This document shows positions 15,369-34,600 of a stretch of 64,000 nucleotides of DNA, one piece after another (positions within the stretch are counted from its first letter, which is position 1; each line of letters opens with the position of its first letter). The stretch lies in the NCBI RefSeq assembly GCF_009914755.1, contig NC_060927.1. One strand, written 5' to 3'. The notes under the pieces are model-generated. The model did no database searches, was not told where the DNA came from, and was given only the letters and a program-made list of their open reading frames with translations. Made by a program: the position numbers and the translations under genes. This DNA is from the human T2T-CHM13v2.0 reference genome, Homo sapiens.

Positions 15369-17273
15369 TCAATTGCTAAATGTAAATTTCCACTTATTCT
15401 AGCTAAAGTTACTTTTGAAAAACTAGAATAGGACTGACAATAATTTTCATCACTGAAGTTGAAGCCCTAGATGCTTTAGGGCAGTGAACTGGCTAGTCTC
15501 ATGATATGTTTCACTGTTGCCATCCTCCTTTATTAGGCTTTCTTCTATATTTATATTATTTCTGGAAACTTGTCAAATTTCTACCAAACTAGTCATTTCT
15601 GGCATGAGTTCTTAACCATATAAAAATCTGTAATTTAATGTAGTGTGTTCTGGCAAATAACTCATGAGCTCCACAACGTCTTCAAAGTAAAGTAGTCATT
15701 ATATGTTGCGTTTATCTTCATAAATCCCAGTGTTATATTCTGTATGCTATGGTCCACAAGTAAATACGTATTAACTGATTTCTTGTATTATATTCTCATT
15801 CACAACTTTCCCTTTATCACATTTCCTTGCAGACTGTCAGGACATTAGCATTAAAGTTAGAATCAACTTCTTTGATGCCTTTCTTCATTTGGACTATTGC
15901 TTCTTCTTCGTTCTTCTAATCATCTTAAATAAACTTCTCTATATTTTTACAGTAACTGTCTTCTCCATTAGATGAAGGCATTAATCTCTTTAAAAACAGT
16001 CTAATTTTTAGCCTTTCTGTAGTTTATATACTATTTCCAACAGTGCCAGATGAGGCAGAAAGGACAAAAAACAAGACAAGACTGAAATAATTGGATTTTC
16101 CCAGAAGGAAATCTTACTGATCGTAAAGAAAAGTCTTACCAGAGTAAAAAGAACAGGATGCAAATTGAAACGGTTTAATCAGGGAGTTAGTAGGTAGTAG
16201 GGAAGTGAAGACAGCCACTAAAGGAAAGACTATCAACTTCAAAAAATGAATCAAAAAGTGGAAGAGGGATGAGAAAAAATTCTGTCAAACATATTTTAAA
16301 ATAAAACATAATAATAGCAACACATATAATGGGGAGTCTTGCATATTTTAAGATAGCCATACAAGAGTGGGAGTGAAAATGAAATATGTGATATACTCAA
16401 TCAGCAGGTTAGAATTCCCTGTTTTACTCAGGTAATCGTTGTCAAAGTTCTACTCCATTATTTTGCAACTATTGTACCTGTATCTTCATTTTGTTATTTA
16501 AGAACCACTGAGAAGCAATACTATAGCTTAGTATTAAGTAAGCTTAGTATATAAGCTTACTTAGTATACTTAATGTACTAAGTATAGCTTAGTATAAGTA
16601 AGCACTTAATTTTTATCATCTTTATCATTTATCTGATCCACTTCTCATTAACATGTGAAAATCAGGAATGAATAGTGGCTATATGATTTCTTTATATCTT
16701 GTAGCTGTCTTCAATAATACATTTAATCTGTGGTCAAAACTTCATTGTTTCTTAAAAAGTATTTAACTAGTACGTTTTGAAGAATGAGTTATTCAGAGTA
16801 ATTAGGTATATTGGTAGTAGGCAAAATCACACCACTATCTTTTGTGTAAATCACAACATCATGGCATGGCTCAAGTTGCACTGAGCCTGGTGTTCCGAAC
16901 CTGCCCTTCTTTATGCTAATGTTGTTTTCCTTGTTCTAAATGTGAGGGCCCCAGTGACTGTTTATGAACAATCATGCCTATTTGCCTGCTTTGGACTGAA
17001 GCCTTTTGCCATTTTCCTGTGAAACAGCTGCATAACTTGGGCCAGGACCAAATTGTTCCACTTGACACTACTATAGAAGCATTCTATTCTTTCCTTAAAA
17101 GAGAGATTACTGTACATGTCTGTCCATTGTTTTAATTTTAGTTTAAAGTGAGGACCGAGCTAATGCCAGCCACTTTTCTTTCAAGTCCCCAGAGTTTTTG
17201 CAACCCTCTTCTTTCTTTGGCTGAATTCCCAGACAGCTTTCAGGCAGCAGCATTCTCCATTTTAAAAGTAAAC

Positions 17274-17278
<5 letters not shown>

Positions 17279-17324
<46 letters not shown>
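17279..17324 (+). repeat. (CA)23 microsatellite
   Basis: Uninterrupted CA run. Confidence 0.98.
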
Positions 17325-17325
<1 letters not shown>

Positions 17326-17862
17326 CATGAAACCTTTATATTACATTAAAGTCATGACCTTAAATGGTGTGAGGTTGCCCCCAACACGCTGTAAATAATG
17401 AGTCATCATTCATTTTAATCGAATGTGTAAGGCTGTTTAAATTCACCTCCAAAAAAGTGATGCGACATTTTCAGTGAGATAAATATGTATTTGGCATCTA
17501 TTCTGTAAAAGAAAATAATTATAGGTATTGATAAGTTTTTCTATGTATCCAGCACAATGTTTATGCTGTACTTACTATTTTACTTTCTGGTAACCACAAT
17601 TTTTCTTTTGTTCTTGCCATAAATCTAGTATGCATAATTGCACAGCACATAACATTCCAATTCTATAAAAGAAGAAAGAATTTAATCTTTAGGAAGACAG
17701 ATCACATACTATATAGCAACTAGTGAGGTGTTTTAGAGAAATAATTACACATCTATTTTTGAAATGATCAGGAATTAAAGAACTCTGATATGTATATATT
17801 AATGTATTTTTCTATTAGGATAATAGAGAATTTTTAACAACAACAAAAAAAAACAGACAAAA

Positions 17863-18181
<319 letters not shown>

Positions 18182-18645
18182 TTATATAAAGTCAATTTTC
18201 TTAGCCTAACATGTACCTTTTTACAAATCACAGGTTATTTGCTAATCATTATACAGTGCAATTACCATCAGACGAAATGACAAAATAAACTACGAATCAA
18301 AGAAAGCAAGTTATCATCTAGAGTGAAATATTGTTTACCAAAATAAGATAAAATATGTACTTTAAAATAATATTAATCTATAATAGCAATGTTAAATTAT
18401 TTGGCCTAATATATAGCAGTTGTTATTACAGAATATTTACCGCTCTCCTGCTATATAGAAAACCTCTAATTAATCATTGAGATCTGTATGTTATTTTCAA
18501 ATAGGATGCCTAAGGTGTCATACTTTGAGGCACAAAATGTTTGGAGGTATTGTAGAAAGAGAATGCAGACCTGGGTTTAAATTATAAATCTGCGGATATT
18601 AGTGGCCTGAGTAATCCTGAGCAAATCACTTAACCACACTGAGTA

Positions 18646-18880
18646 TTTTTTTTCCTTTTTTTAAATTGATGAACTTTATTTTTAGAGCAGTTTTAGGTTC
18701 ACAGCAAAATTGAGTGGAAAGTACAAAGATTTCTCCTATACCCCCGTCCTCACCCACTGATAGCCTTCCTCAGTATTGACATGCTATACCAAAATGTTAC
18801 ATTTGTTGTAATCAATGTACCTACACTGACCCATCATTACGACACCAAAGTCCAATGTTTACATTAGGGTTCACTCTTAC
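18646..18880 (-). mobile_element. L1MC-type 3' fragment, apparently inserted into a MIR (about 18545-18970)
   Basis: tttagagcagttttaggttcacagcaaaattgag; MIR-like sequence on both sides. Confidence 0.7.
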
Positions 18881-20048
18881 ACATCAAGTAGTTTTATCTC
18901 TAAAATGAAGAACACAAAATTTATCAAACAGATTGTTTTAATAATGACAGTGTATATGAAATGTCGGCCTCCAAGTAATTGTATAATACATCATAACAAT
19001 GAGGGTGATAAATTATTACTTGATCAAGGAAATACATACAGTGTATCTCAGCAAGTTTCCAACTCAGAAGTCTTACTTATATATTTAATACACATGCTAA
19101 TATTAGGCTATTATGGCAACTCTGACAACTGAGTTATCATCTCACATATATTCTCAGGCAATGGAATCCAAGATTTCAAGCAAAATAAACACATTTCAGG
19201 ACAGTGGGTCTGTATTTTCAAAAACATATTTAAACAGCAAAGGAATCCAGACCGAAGTCATGGCAAAACTGATACAGCAACTTCGATATTTTATTTGAAG
19301 TTAAATAATAATAGTTATAAATTAGAGAGAAGAGAGGCAGTGTCATGAACCTCAGTTGGGGTAAAATCCAAAATAGTTAAAACGAGACACTGGAAAATCC
19401 TGAGCCACAGGAAAAGCCCCTTCTCTAATTTACCTTAATTTAAGGTAGGACAAGTTTAGATCAATTTGCAAGGAACAGAAGGAATTAAGATTGAGTTTTA
19501 GTTTGATGCGTGTGGGAAAAGCTACACTCTGAAGCAGTTTTATTGAGTGAAAGGGACTAAGTAGTTAGCAAGTTTTGACAAAGAACAAATGCAGATCTGG
19601 AAGGCCTTAAAGAACCCAAACTAAGTAGATGGCTTGGCTCAGGAGTGGTGAGGAATCCAGGGTCAGTGATACATAAGACCTTGTTTTGGCATAGTTTTTC
19701 ATAATTTTCTCTCATGCATAAATGTTTAATTTAAATCACACAACTATTACATTGTAAAAGGTTTACAAAGACTGCTGTAATCGTTTCAATTTTTTAGGTG
19801 AAGAAAAATAAGTCTTGTTCAAGTTATATGATCTTTCCCAGTAACACAGCTGATAAATGGTAGAATTGGGATTACAAACAAGTTTCCCTTTTGTATTAAC
19901 AACAATGATGATTGTATTTTTTTGTTTACCCAGTGTTTTTTAGCATTGATGTTTTTCACAATAACTCAATAAAGTTGGCAAACATTGAAGAGTTCTAAAA
20001 AATTGCTAGGACAGCCCATATTTCAATCAAATAGTTGTTAAAAAAAAT

Positions 20049-25051
<5,003 letters not shown>

Positions 25052-25198
25052 GAGTATGTCTTTCTTATTAAATGCTATGTATAAAATGTTACTAAAATAA
25101 CTAGTGGGATAAACATAATGATTGTCTCCTTATCATATAGATATTCTTATACCAGCAGTACTTCGATAATAAAGGATACAGAGCATTTAGATTGGGAT

Positions 25199-25228
25199 GT
25201 GTATGTGTGTGTGTGTCTGTGTGTGTGT
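25199..25228 (+). repeat. Interrupted (TG)n tract
   Basis: gtgtatgtgtgtgtgtgtctgtgtgtgtgt. Confidence 0.9.
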
Positions 25229-26955
25229 TGTACTTTGTGTTCTGATATATAGAGAAATGCAAAATTGTCTCAATTAACTAATTAAAAATTAAAAGCAATA
25301 TAGTCAGTTTCTTCCAAAATGTCTTCAAAGATATAATATTGGAAAATTCATTCTAAATTTTCAAAATTGAAAAAAAAAATGTGTGCAGTCCTTTCCATAA
25401 TGAGTTTCTTTTCTGAGGTCCATATGGTTGGTCTTTTGCTTCTATTTTATGGTTTCAAAATTTAATCACACATTGACTCGCTGGAAACACACAAGTGATT
25501 ATCTTGGAAATGAGACCGAATATATTTGGTTTTGTTTTTGAAACAAGAAGCTGACTCTCGGTAATCTCCACTGCTGTTATTTAGGCTGGGCATGGGCATC
25601 TGCGGTGTGTTGGGCACTCAATCATTTTCAATTAAATGTTCCAATGTCTTGTGAAAGTCCCATAAGAGCTTGCAGAATCACGATTATAGATCCATAGAGG
25701 AAATGTACTTTTTGAACATTTCCAGGTAAGCAGTTTTCTTGCAACAAAAAGCCAATTATTTTGAGGGATTATGTAAATATTCACTGGAAAACCCTAAACC
25801 AAACATGTCTCAATACATTGAAGACACCATTTTGGAATGGTACTGTCATATACGTTTAGTAGATTTTTCAGACATGCACTCTTTTGCTTATAGATTTAAA
25901 ATTTGTATTTTTAAAAATACATTAATTTTTGAGATTACATTTAAGCATTTTACTCTTTAAAGTTTGGAAACATTGCATATGTGTTTATATAGCAAATTCA
26001 ACAACATAGTAATTGTAGAAAGTTTGCAGAAAAATGAATAATCACTCAACATTTTAAAAATTGAAATACTATGATTATTTATGTATTTTTAAAAGTTAGT
26101 CTATTGCTCTAAGGCTATTCAATAAGATTTGCACTTTTTTTTGCATTTTTTTCGTAACATGTATCATAAATTTGGAACTAATATCCCTCTAGTAGTCACC
26201 AGTACAACTTACTGATAAATGGATTATTGTCCACCTATTATACCAGCTGTTAAATATCTTGACTATCATTTCTGCATAAATATACAAAGGAAATAAAATG
26301 TGAAAAATAGATTTAATTCAGAATCACTTTAGAGATGTGCTATTATTTTAATTAATAATGAAACTTGAAAAATTCTTATTCCTTAGCCACTTACTCAAAA
26401 AAATACATCCTAAAAGAAATTTTCTTGCATTACACATCTTTTTTACACATGATTTTACAATATGTTTGTAACCTCAATCCAGGTATACAAAACTCAAACG
26501 TATAGAAGCTTCTAAATTTCAAAGCTAAATAAAATAATAAAATAAAATAAAATAAAATAAACAGCAAACAATGCCAGTGTTTAAAAGTATAGAAAATATG
26601 AACATTTACGAAAACCTCCAATGTGAATAGGCAGACTTTCTCAGTGATTGAGGAGGGCTCTAAAGCCCAAGTCTTGCAAATCCAGAGTACCACAAGTGCT
26701 TCAAGGAAAAGAGAAAGGAAAGTAAAAGATAAGACTTTATAAAGACGGATAATAGAGCAGCACCTATGATAACGTGGGGCCAGGAGATGTCATGGAAATG
26801 TGAGGCATGGTGGACTTAAGCACCACCACTCAAAATTGCAAGAATGAAGATAGTGATGCAACCATGCAGAAACAACATTGAAAATATAACAGCAATGAAG
26901 CTCAGGGACAAGAAAACTCCTAGGATACAGCACTCTCACTGTGAGTCACTAGTGC

Positions 26956-27198
26956 AGTGTTTTTCAAATTGCAAATTGTGGCTTATTAATGAGTTACAAA
27001 ATCAATTTATATGACTTTTTTTTAAAAAGAAAATAATAGAAAAGGAAAATGTAGAAAAGAAGAAAGAGTAAAGAAAATGTCACAGAATATAAGAGAAAGC
27101 AAGCTATTATTTCTTGTATATATGTGTTTACATAGTATGTATGCTTGTCAAATATATTTTTTATTGTATGTCACACCTTAAAGGGTTTGAAAATTGTT
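26956..27198. mobile_element. Charlie4z-like hAT relic
   Basis: cagtgtttttcaaattg...aaatcaattta...gggtttgaaaat termini. Confidence 0.5.
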
Positions 27199-30074
27199 AC
27201 AATAAGCATATCAGCTATGAGAAAGCTGGGTATTGCAGAAATTTAGGGGAAAAAATATGTTAAGTCTTAGTTCCTGTGAAACAACACTATATAAAAATGT
27301 GTGTTCAAACTAAAGATATCTTAGCTCTAGAAAACAAGGTTGTCACCAAAACTCCTCTGTTTAATAACAGAGAAGTTTGATCCTTTGAGAATGATTACAT
27401 CTAAATGATTTAAAAAATACCTTCAAAACTTTCAGTTTTAAGTTTCAATTATCTTCAAGCTTTACTTATTCAGAGCATTTAATTTTTCAGCTATCAGATA
27501 AATGCTATGGACTTTACTATTATTTTCTGAAGATCACTGGTTTTAATATTAGAAATGAAACAAATCATGAAGCAGAAGCAGTAGTATAATGATAACACAG
27601 TGTTTAATATCAATACTAGATCTTATAAGGTTAATGAGCACTATTTTATATTAAAGGAAGTAATGGGTTGTAAAATTACTCTTGTATAAAAAATAGGACC
27701 TCATCATTCCAAAGTGTCCTTGAATTGAATGGTTTATAGGCTTCTGATTGATTAGGATGCTTATAGAAACATTTTATATAGTGTCACATTGTTCTTATGA
27801 TGTACGCAGGTTGATAAAATGGAAGATTCTGAGAAATGCACACTCATAATTTTTTCATTATGAAAACACGAAAATATTGCAAAGAGTTCTAAAATAAAAT
27901 TTTAATAGTCAATAATTTTCAAATAAGTTGAAAACTTTTCTGAAGAATGGTTATTGTTAAATATATTATAAAGATTTTATGCTTAATGTACATATACACA
28001 GTAGATGAGAGAATGAATGCTTACTCAAGATATTTTGATCTTTTAACTGGGAATTAATATTCTGTGTTTACCAAAGAAAAGAAATTTAAGTATAGATTAG
28101 GCATGGGTAATTGTTTTGCTTCAGCAGAAAGTCCTTAAGAGATTAGCTTAGGCATTTGTCACAATCTTCAATATTTTTCTTTCAATGCAAAAATCTGTAA
28201 CTCCTTCATGATCATAGCAATCTTATCTTTTCTAAGGATAATCTTTTATTTGTTGTGCCATAAATTGGCTGGAATTATACAGTTTCTAGTGCAATGTGAC
28301 TGCTTTGTTTTTTGAAACTGTTAAAATAATCATCAATGAACACTACCTTATCAGTAAAAAGTAGTTCAGGATTTAATAGGCACTCTAAAAATGCCATTAT
28401 TTTCAAGTCTTCTAAAGAGCACTTACCTCTTTCTTGCATAGGTTATTTCCTGTTTCAACCACAAGCTTCTAAGCTTGGAGGCAAGAAGTGCCTTAAAAAA
28501 TCAGAATCAAGTAGCACATGCTGATATTAATCAGAATAGAAGTCCATTTTTTATTTGCTATCAAAGTTTAAAATCTACTGGTGAAATTAATATGCATGTT
28601 ATTTTCCCCTGTAAAGCTAACCGATAATGTAATGAGACTCCTCCTACTTGACACTATACTAATGTCATAATTGATTTTAAAAACTTGTATAAGTAGATAA
28701 ACTTAGAATCAGCGTTTCAATTTACAGTTTAAGGGAGTAAGTAGGCTTGAGTTTTCCACTTCAAACTTCATTTATTACTGCATGAAAATGTCTTTGACCC
28801 TGTCAGACAGAAGTACTGATAGTGATGTTTGAGTAGAAACTTTTGTTGTTGAGACTGGCAACAGGAGTCTTTGGGATTCTGAAACTATAAATAGAAGAAA
28901 AAAAGTCTATTGCTTTTGATAAAATCAATTGTGCAGATATGGGCAATGCCATCTCAATACTGAGCAAACTCTAACTCATGATAATTGTGAGGATGGAATA
29001 AGAAACTGAAGAACATATCCAGAAATATTTAAAACAAAAGAGTAGAGGCCAATGAGAAGAAAAGCTAAGGAACCACCTTGTTCTTTCTCACACACAAATG
29101 CACAAAGACACATTAAATTAATCAATACAAGTAACTGCAATAGGTGAAAAAACACAGTGGGAAATCTATAATTTAAAAGATAAGTTGTTTAAGAGTTTAC
29201 TTCATCTGGGTAATTTATTCAATCCTCTCCTTCCATTTTCTCTGTACATTTATGCTTCTGTTTCAGTACCAAGTATCTGAAATGTTAAAACACAAATCCA
29301 ATTTAACAAATGAGGGTACTAACTATATTAAGATGCAAAGTTTTTCAAACATGTCTATTTTCAATATTATGTTAAACAGCTCTGGGACGGAGAAATGTGT
29401 ATGTCTAATCACACATTCTTAATGACATTAATGATAATACATTGTGCATATTTCAACAGATTGGAAAACAACAACAAAAAACCTCCAAGATACAGTAATG
29501 AAATTTACTTTGGCTTTAAAATTGCCTTTGTCCTTGCTCTTCATGTGCACACTTGCATGATGACTTCAAGGACAGTATTTAGTAAAACAAACATCATTTA
29601 CCTTCTCCTTTTTCTTTAGCTTGCTTTGATGTTGTGCTAAAGGCACAGAGAAGATGGAAAAGTTGGGTTCATTAGAGCTGGGAATTAACTAGATAATAAT
29701 GGATGGAGAAAGGGAAAAAACAAAACAAAACAAATCTGATTGACTGGATCCTAAGACTGGCTAAGGAGGGAAGTGAACGGGAGAGGGCCATTAAAGAATA
29801 AAGGAAAATAGTGGGCCCCTCAGTTAAGACTGGAGGTTTTGATGATATATAAGAAAGTAGCGAACTGAACAAATAGAAGTTTGTAATTAGAAAAAAAAAT
29901 GAGACTTTTATGGAAGTAACAATGATGACAATGTGAAGTGTGTCATCATGGCGGAGGTGGAGCTAACAAAATAATTATTGGACAGGAGAAAATCAGAGAA
30001 CTGAGAAGTCAAGGTATTAGTGGGATTATAAAGACAAACATTCAGGACAATAAATTTTGAAATAATTTTTTTCT

Positions 30075-31600
30075 TGCTCCTATGACACTATTCTCTTGAT
30101 TTTTTTTCTTAGAATTCTTAGACTGTATTGCCTTTTCTTATTTTCTAAGTGAGTGTATTCTAAGATGTTCAATGATGTGCTCTTTTGTTTTCTTTCTTTA
30201 GCTTGGAAACATGGTTGGCACCTGTCTCTGTAAAAATTCCAGTTCTGCCCTCTTCCCTGATTTCTAATTATTTATTTAATTAATTGCTGGATCAAGATGT
30301 ATTTCTTGGTTTTCTTGTAACACTTGAATTCAGCATGTTCAAAATGGAAATCATCAGTTTTTCCCTCTCGGCTTTATTTCAATCTCTTTTCTCTTTTGTT
30401 TAATTGCTTTGTTGGTTAGTCTTTAAATTGTTGTTTTTCTTTTTGGCACTACAGTTGCACCTGTTGTACAGACTAGAGGCTGTAAAGAGAGTTTCTTTTA
30501 TCTCTTCCTTAACACCATACACTGCCTAGCTTCAGAAAAGTTGTATTTACTTTTTCAGGGCTCTTTTATTGTTTATTATGTGCTTTCCTTTATTATTTCT
30601 CTCCCTTATGTAGGAACTTGTTATCTGTCTTAAGAACTGTATATATGGCCTCTTTATTGGATTTTCCCCAGATGTTTCACATTAATTTTCTTAAAGGAAA
30701 CTGATCAGGAATACTCACTTCTCAAAAATCAAAATAAGATAATTTCATTTTTAAAGAAAGTCTAGATTCTTCAGCTGGCACTCCAGGCTGGCTGTTTCTT
30801 ACTTTATTTTTTTTTTCTTACTTTAAATGTACAGATGTTTCCCCCACACCTGTACCCCAAACTTTTCAATTTCTTTGCTTTTGTTCATGTTGCTCCTGTT
30901 TATGACCAAAACTTTCCTTCCCACATTTCATTCTCTCTTCTATATTGGTGTAATCATCAGTTTTCTGGTGTTAAACTAAAATAATACTTTTTCATGTTCT
31001 GCTTTTCGTCCTATAGACTTTCTCTTGGACTAAGCTACTTATAAGCATACTTGTTCTTGATTCTTCATACACAACTTATAGTTTGCCTTTTGCTTTTATT
31101 ACTCCCAACTCAATTATCATATTAAGTGCTTTTAACCTTATCTTTTCTTAATTTGTAATTTTTTGCCAATAGCAATTTTACTTGGTAACCCTATTCTCAC
31201 TTCTTTCCTGACATTCCCAATATTTAAATTAATCTTTTCAACATTATGGCCTCTTGAGGGCAAGCATTCTACCCAGGGCTTAGACTCCTATTGAGTTGGT
31301 GTATTCTATTTCTACTTGTCAAAATTCTGCTATAATTAAACACCGTAATCAAGAGTTTTATTTTTCATAAAGCCTATTAGAATGTCCCTAATATAGGTGA
31401 TGAATCTTTCTGATGTTTCATAACTCATTTATGCCACTTACTGTATGCTACCAAATATTATGGTTGATGACATATATCTTATAGAAACTACTTGAATATA
31501 ATACCACAGAGCAGATATTTATTTTAGTTTTTTATACACCTCACAATCCCTGGTTCAAAAACTTGCACAGATGTTTTTATAGATAATTATTTGATAATTT
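30075..31600 (+). mobile_element. Degenerate L2 region
   Basis: Pyrimidine-rich L2-like motifs (tgacactattctcttg, cagcatgttcaaaatggaa, agtctagattcttcagctggcactccagg); boundaries approximate. Confidence 0.5.
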
Positions 31601-34600
31601 CATGCATTTATCAAGTACCTATTAAAGAATATACAGCCATTTTTAACTAACAAAAAAGAAAATTCATTGATCTCTTATCTGTCTTAAGATATAAGTGTAG
31701 AATAGGACATTTTCTGTTAATTAAACCTGTGGAAATACATTGAAGACTACTCTACAATAAATAGTTCTGAAGTTTTGTTTTTTTCTCATGCATACATGTA
31801 TAAAGACTATCAGACACATAGATGTTTCATTTATTATATTTTAAAATGAGCCTAAATTTTAATAAGTAAAACACTCAAATTTAAGCTTGCTTATTCTACA
31901 ATTTATTTGATATTTAAAGAATTGCTGCCATAAAAGTATGAAATCAATACCAAGAATAAAAGAAAATCTAATTTCATTACAACTAAATTGCACAAAAATG
32001 AAATCTGAGGAGAAAACACGGGTTGAGGTACACTGCAATGACCTAAAGCAATAATTTTTCAATAATTAATATGACTTTACATATATGTGGAATGCTATTT
32101 ATAAATTATGTTTAGAAATATTTACTTGATCTTCAATAACAAAAAACCCTTAGTGTAGTTTTAAAATTTGTAATGATCACTGCAATAAATAGACCCACAA
32201 GTAGTCCTTTTGTATTTCTTGCTGTTTTTCAACTACATCCTTAACTTCTGACAGGAAGTTATTAAAAAGTACATTTTTAATCAGCTTCACAGTTTTCAGA
32301 ATACTGCTCTTTTAGATTGCTTTGTATTTACATTTTAATTTTTTAAAAAAGCTACCAAGCAACCCCAGCTTCTAATATTTCTCCTCTTCTCCTTTTTTCT
32401 TCCTCCTCAATTATTTAGCAGTGTTTGGGCTTCGTTTAGAGATGTAATCTCAGTCTACCCAAAGGGGAAATGCCTAAGCTAAAGTTTGTTCAGGATTCTT
32501 TTTTCCTGAACTCAATAAACTTTAAATCTTTTACTTGAACAATTTTCAAATCCATTTGTCAATTAATTTACATTTACTTATCCCTTCCTTTCTCTAAAAA
32601 TATGATAACATAAATATTGGGTGTATTATGCATAGACTCTTACTATAATTTCTTAATCAAAAAGTCTTTGCTTAAAGCAGAAAAAGGATCAAGATGTTTT
32701 TGTAACTCCTATCACCTTATTTCACTTTCCAGTGAAAATATCACAGGAAATAGAGAGGGATTAAGTTTTTAAAAAACTCCCTGGTTTTAAAACTTTAATA
32801 ATATTTACTGCCCATCTGTGGAATTTCTAAACTGAAATAAAGCCAGTAGACATCTTCCTATGGTGACATGGTGCATAAGGCATAAAGTTACTGACTATAT
32901 GATTCTGCTTTGTCTTAAAGGAAGTATAAGATATAAATATTTGAAATTTTTGTTCATTTTTCTTAAGATAGAACAAGATGTTGTCTTGAATGTGACATTT
33001 TTTTCAAATAGGAAAGGTGACTTTTTTTTCATCTAGGAAAAGTAAGTTTAATTTTCATAGGATTAATTTTAGTGCTAGACCCCAACATATCCTATCTTTA
33101 TGAAAAAAAGGCAGCACGAATCCCAAGGGGGATATCACTGTTTGGAAAAAGGAGAGACTGGAGAATTTCAAATTTTGCATAGTGTTTAACTCTGTCCCTT
33201 TCCACACCAGGAAGATTCTTTTCCTAGGAGACCTACATGATGGGACTCACTTCTCCATTACTGAACTTCTTGTTTTTTATTCCTGTTAGGAAGCAAGAAC
33301 CTAAAAGAGGGGATGTGAACGATTAAGGCAAAGAAAGTTTCCATTCTCAGTACCTAGGGAGTGAATAATCCCATAGTTTCTAAGCACAGAAAAGATTAGA
33401 AGTACTGTCGCTATGGTATAACTGCACAGAATAAATGCCCCAAATACAAATTAAAGAATTTCACTGAAAATTAGTAATCAGGTTTGTATCTGGTTCAAAA
33501 TATTAAATAAAAATCAACATCTGAGAGACTTGTGGCAATACCTTTCAACAGTAATTTATAAATTAGGAATTGTGCAACATACAGGTAATCTCTTATTAGA
33601 TATGTAGAAAACAAAACACCGAGTTAATAGGTTTTCTAAAAAAAATCTGTTCAGATTGAAAACAACTTCATCAATGAACGCCTCAGGATATTTGAGAATA
33701 AATGTATAAACATATTTTGTCTCTCTTTTTACTTTTAACTTTTCTGTTGTTCTAGGAAGAAACTTCTGAAAAAATATCTTTAGATATAAGGAAAAATAAA
33801 CATCTTTATAGTTTTATAGAATTGATAGAAACAAAATCAAAATGTTATCTCAAACATAAGTTTTCCAACTTTTTAATTATTTGGGCTGGTTAAAGAGAAA
33901 CGTTCTGGATGGACTAAGTGTTCTCATGTAAAGTGGCGTAACGTTATCGTCTCACATCTGATGCTATTTTCACTGTCCTGTTACTCCTGGTGTCTAGCTC
34001 CTACTCTTTTTTCAGCCTTATCATATAGAAACTGTAGACTGGAACCACTTTTAAATGATCTCTTTGGATGCCTGAACAGCAGGGAAGATTGTTCTTCATT
34101 TGTAACAAGAAACTCAATCATTTCTGGGTTCCAATTAGAGAAAGCCTAGGGGGCCCTCTTTATTAAGATGAAACACAAATTGTATCAAGACTTGCTAAAC
34201 CACTTAATATTTTTATGGTGATATTAAGAAGCTTGAACATTTTAAATACTAATTGGGAATATGTGTAGGCTATTTTTAATCTATGCATAAACTCTAACCT
34301 CTATTTCATTAAATTTGCATCTTATGATGCTATTTTGCCACCTTGAAGATTTATCACAGAGACTAGGATCAAGAATTCTTGAAGGATTTAGATCAGTGTC
34401 AGCAAAGACTTACACAACTATATCCTCCTGTTAACCAATTTTGTAGATGCTGTTGTTATTTCCTTTGAGGAAGTTTTTTTTTTTTTTTGAAAAATTTTGT
34501 TTTAAAATACAGATTGGCAACTTGAATACTTTATCTAGATCTTTACATTTCTATGTAAACAATTTAAAAAGACATATCTGAATTTAACTACATATTTACA

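Noticed and set aside
16519-16608. CRISPR-like repeat array
   Set aside because: No constant repeat with unique spacers, and the context is a primate intron; kept only as a template-switch scar.
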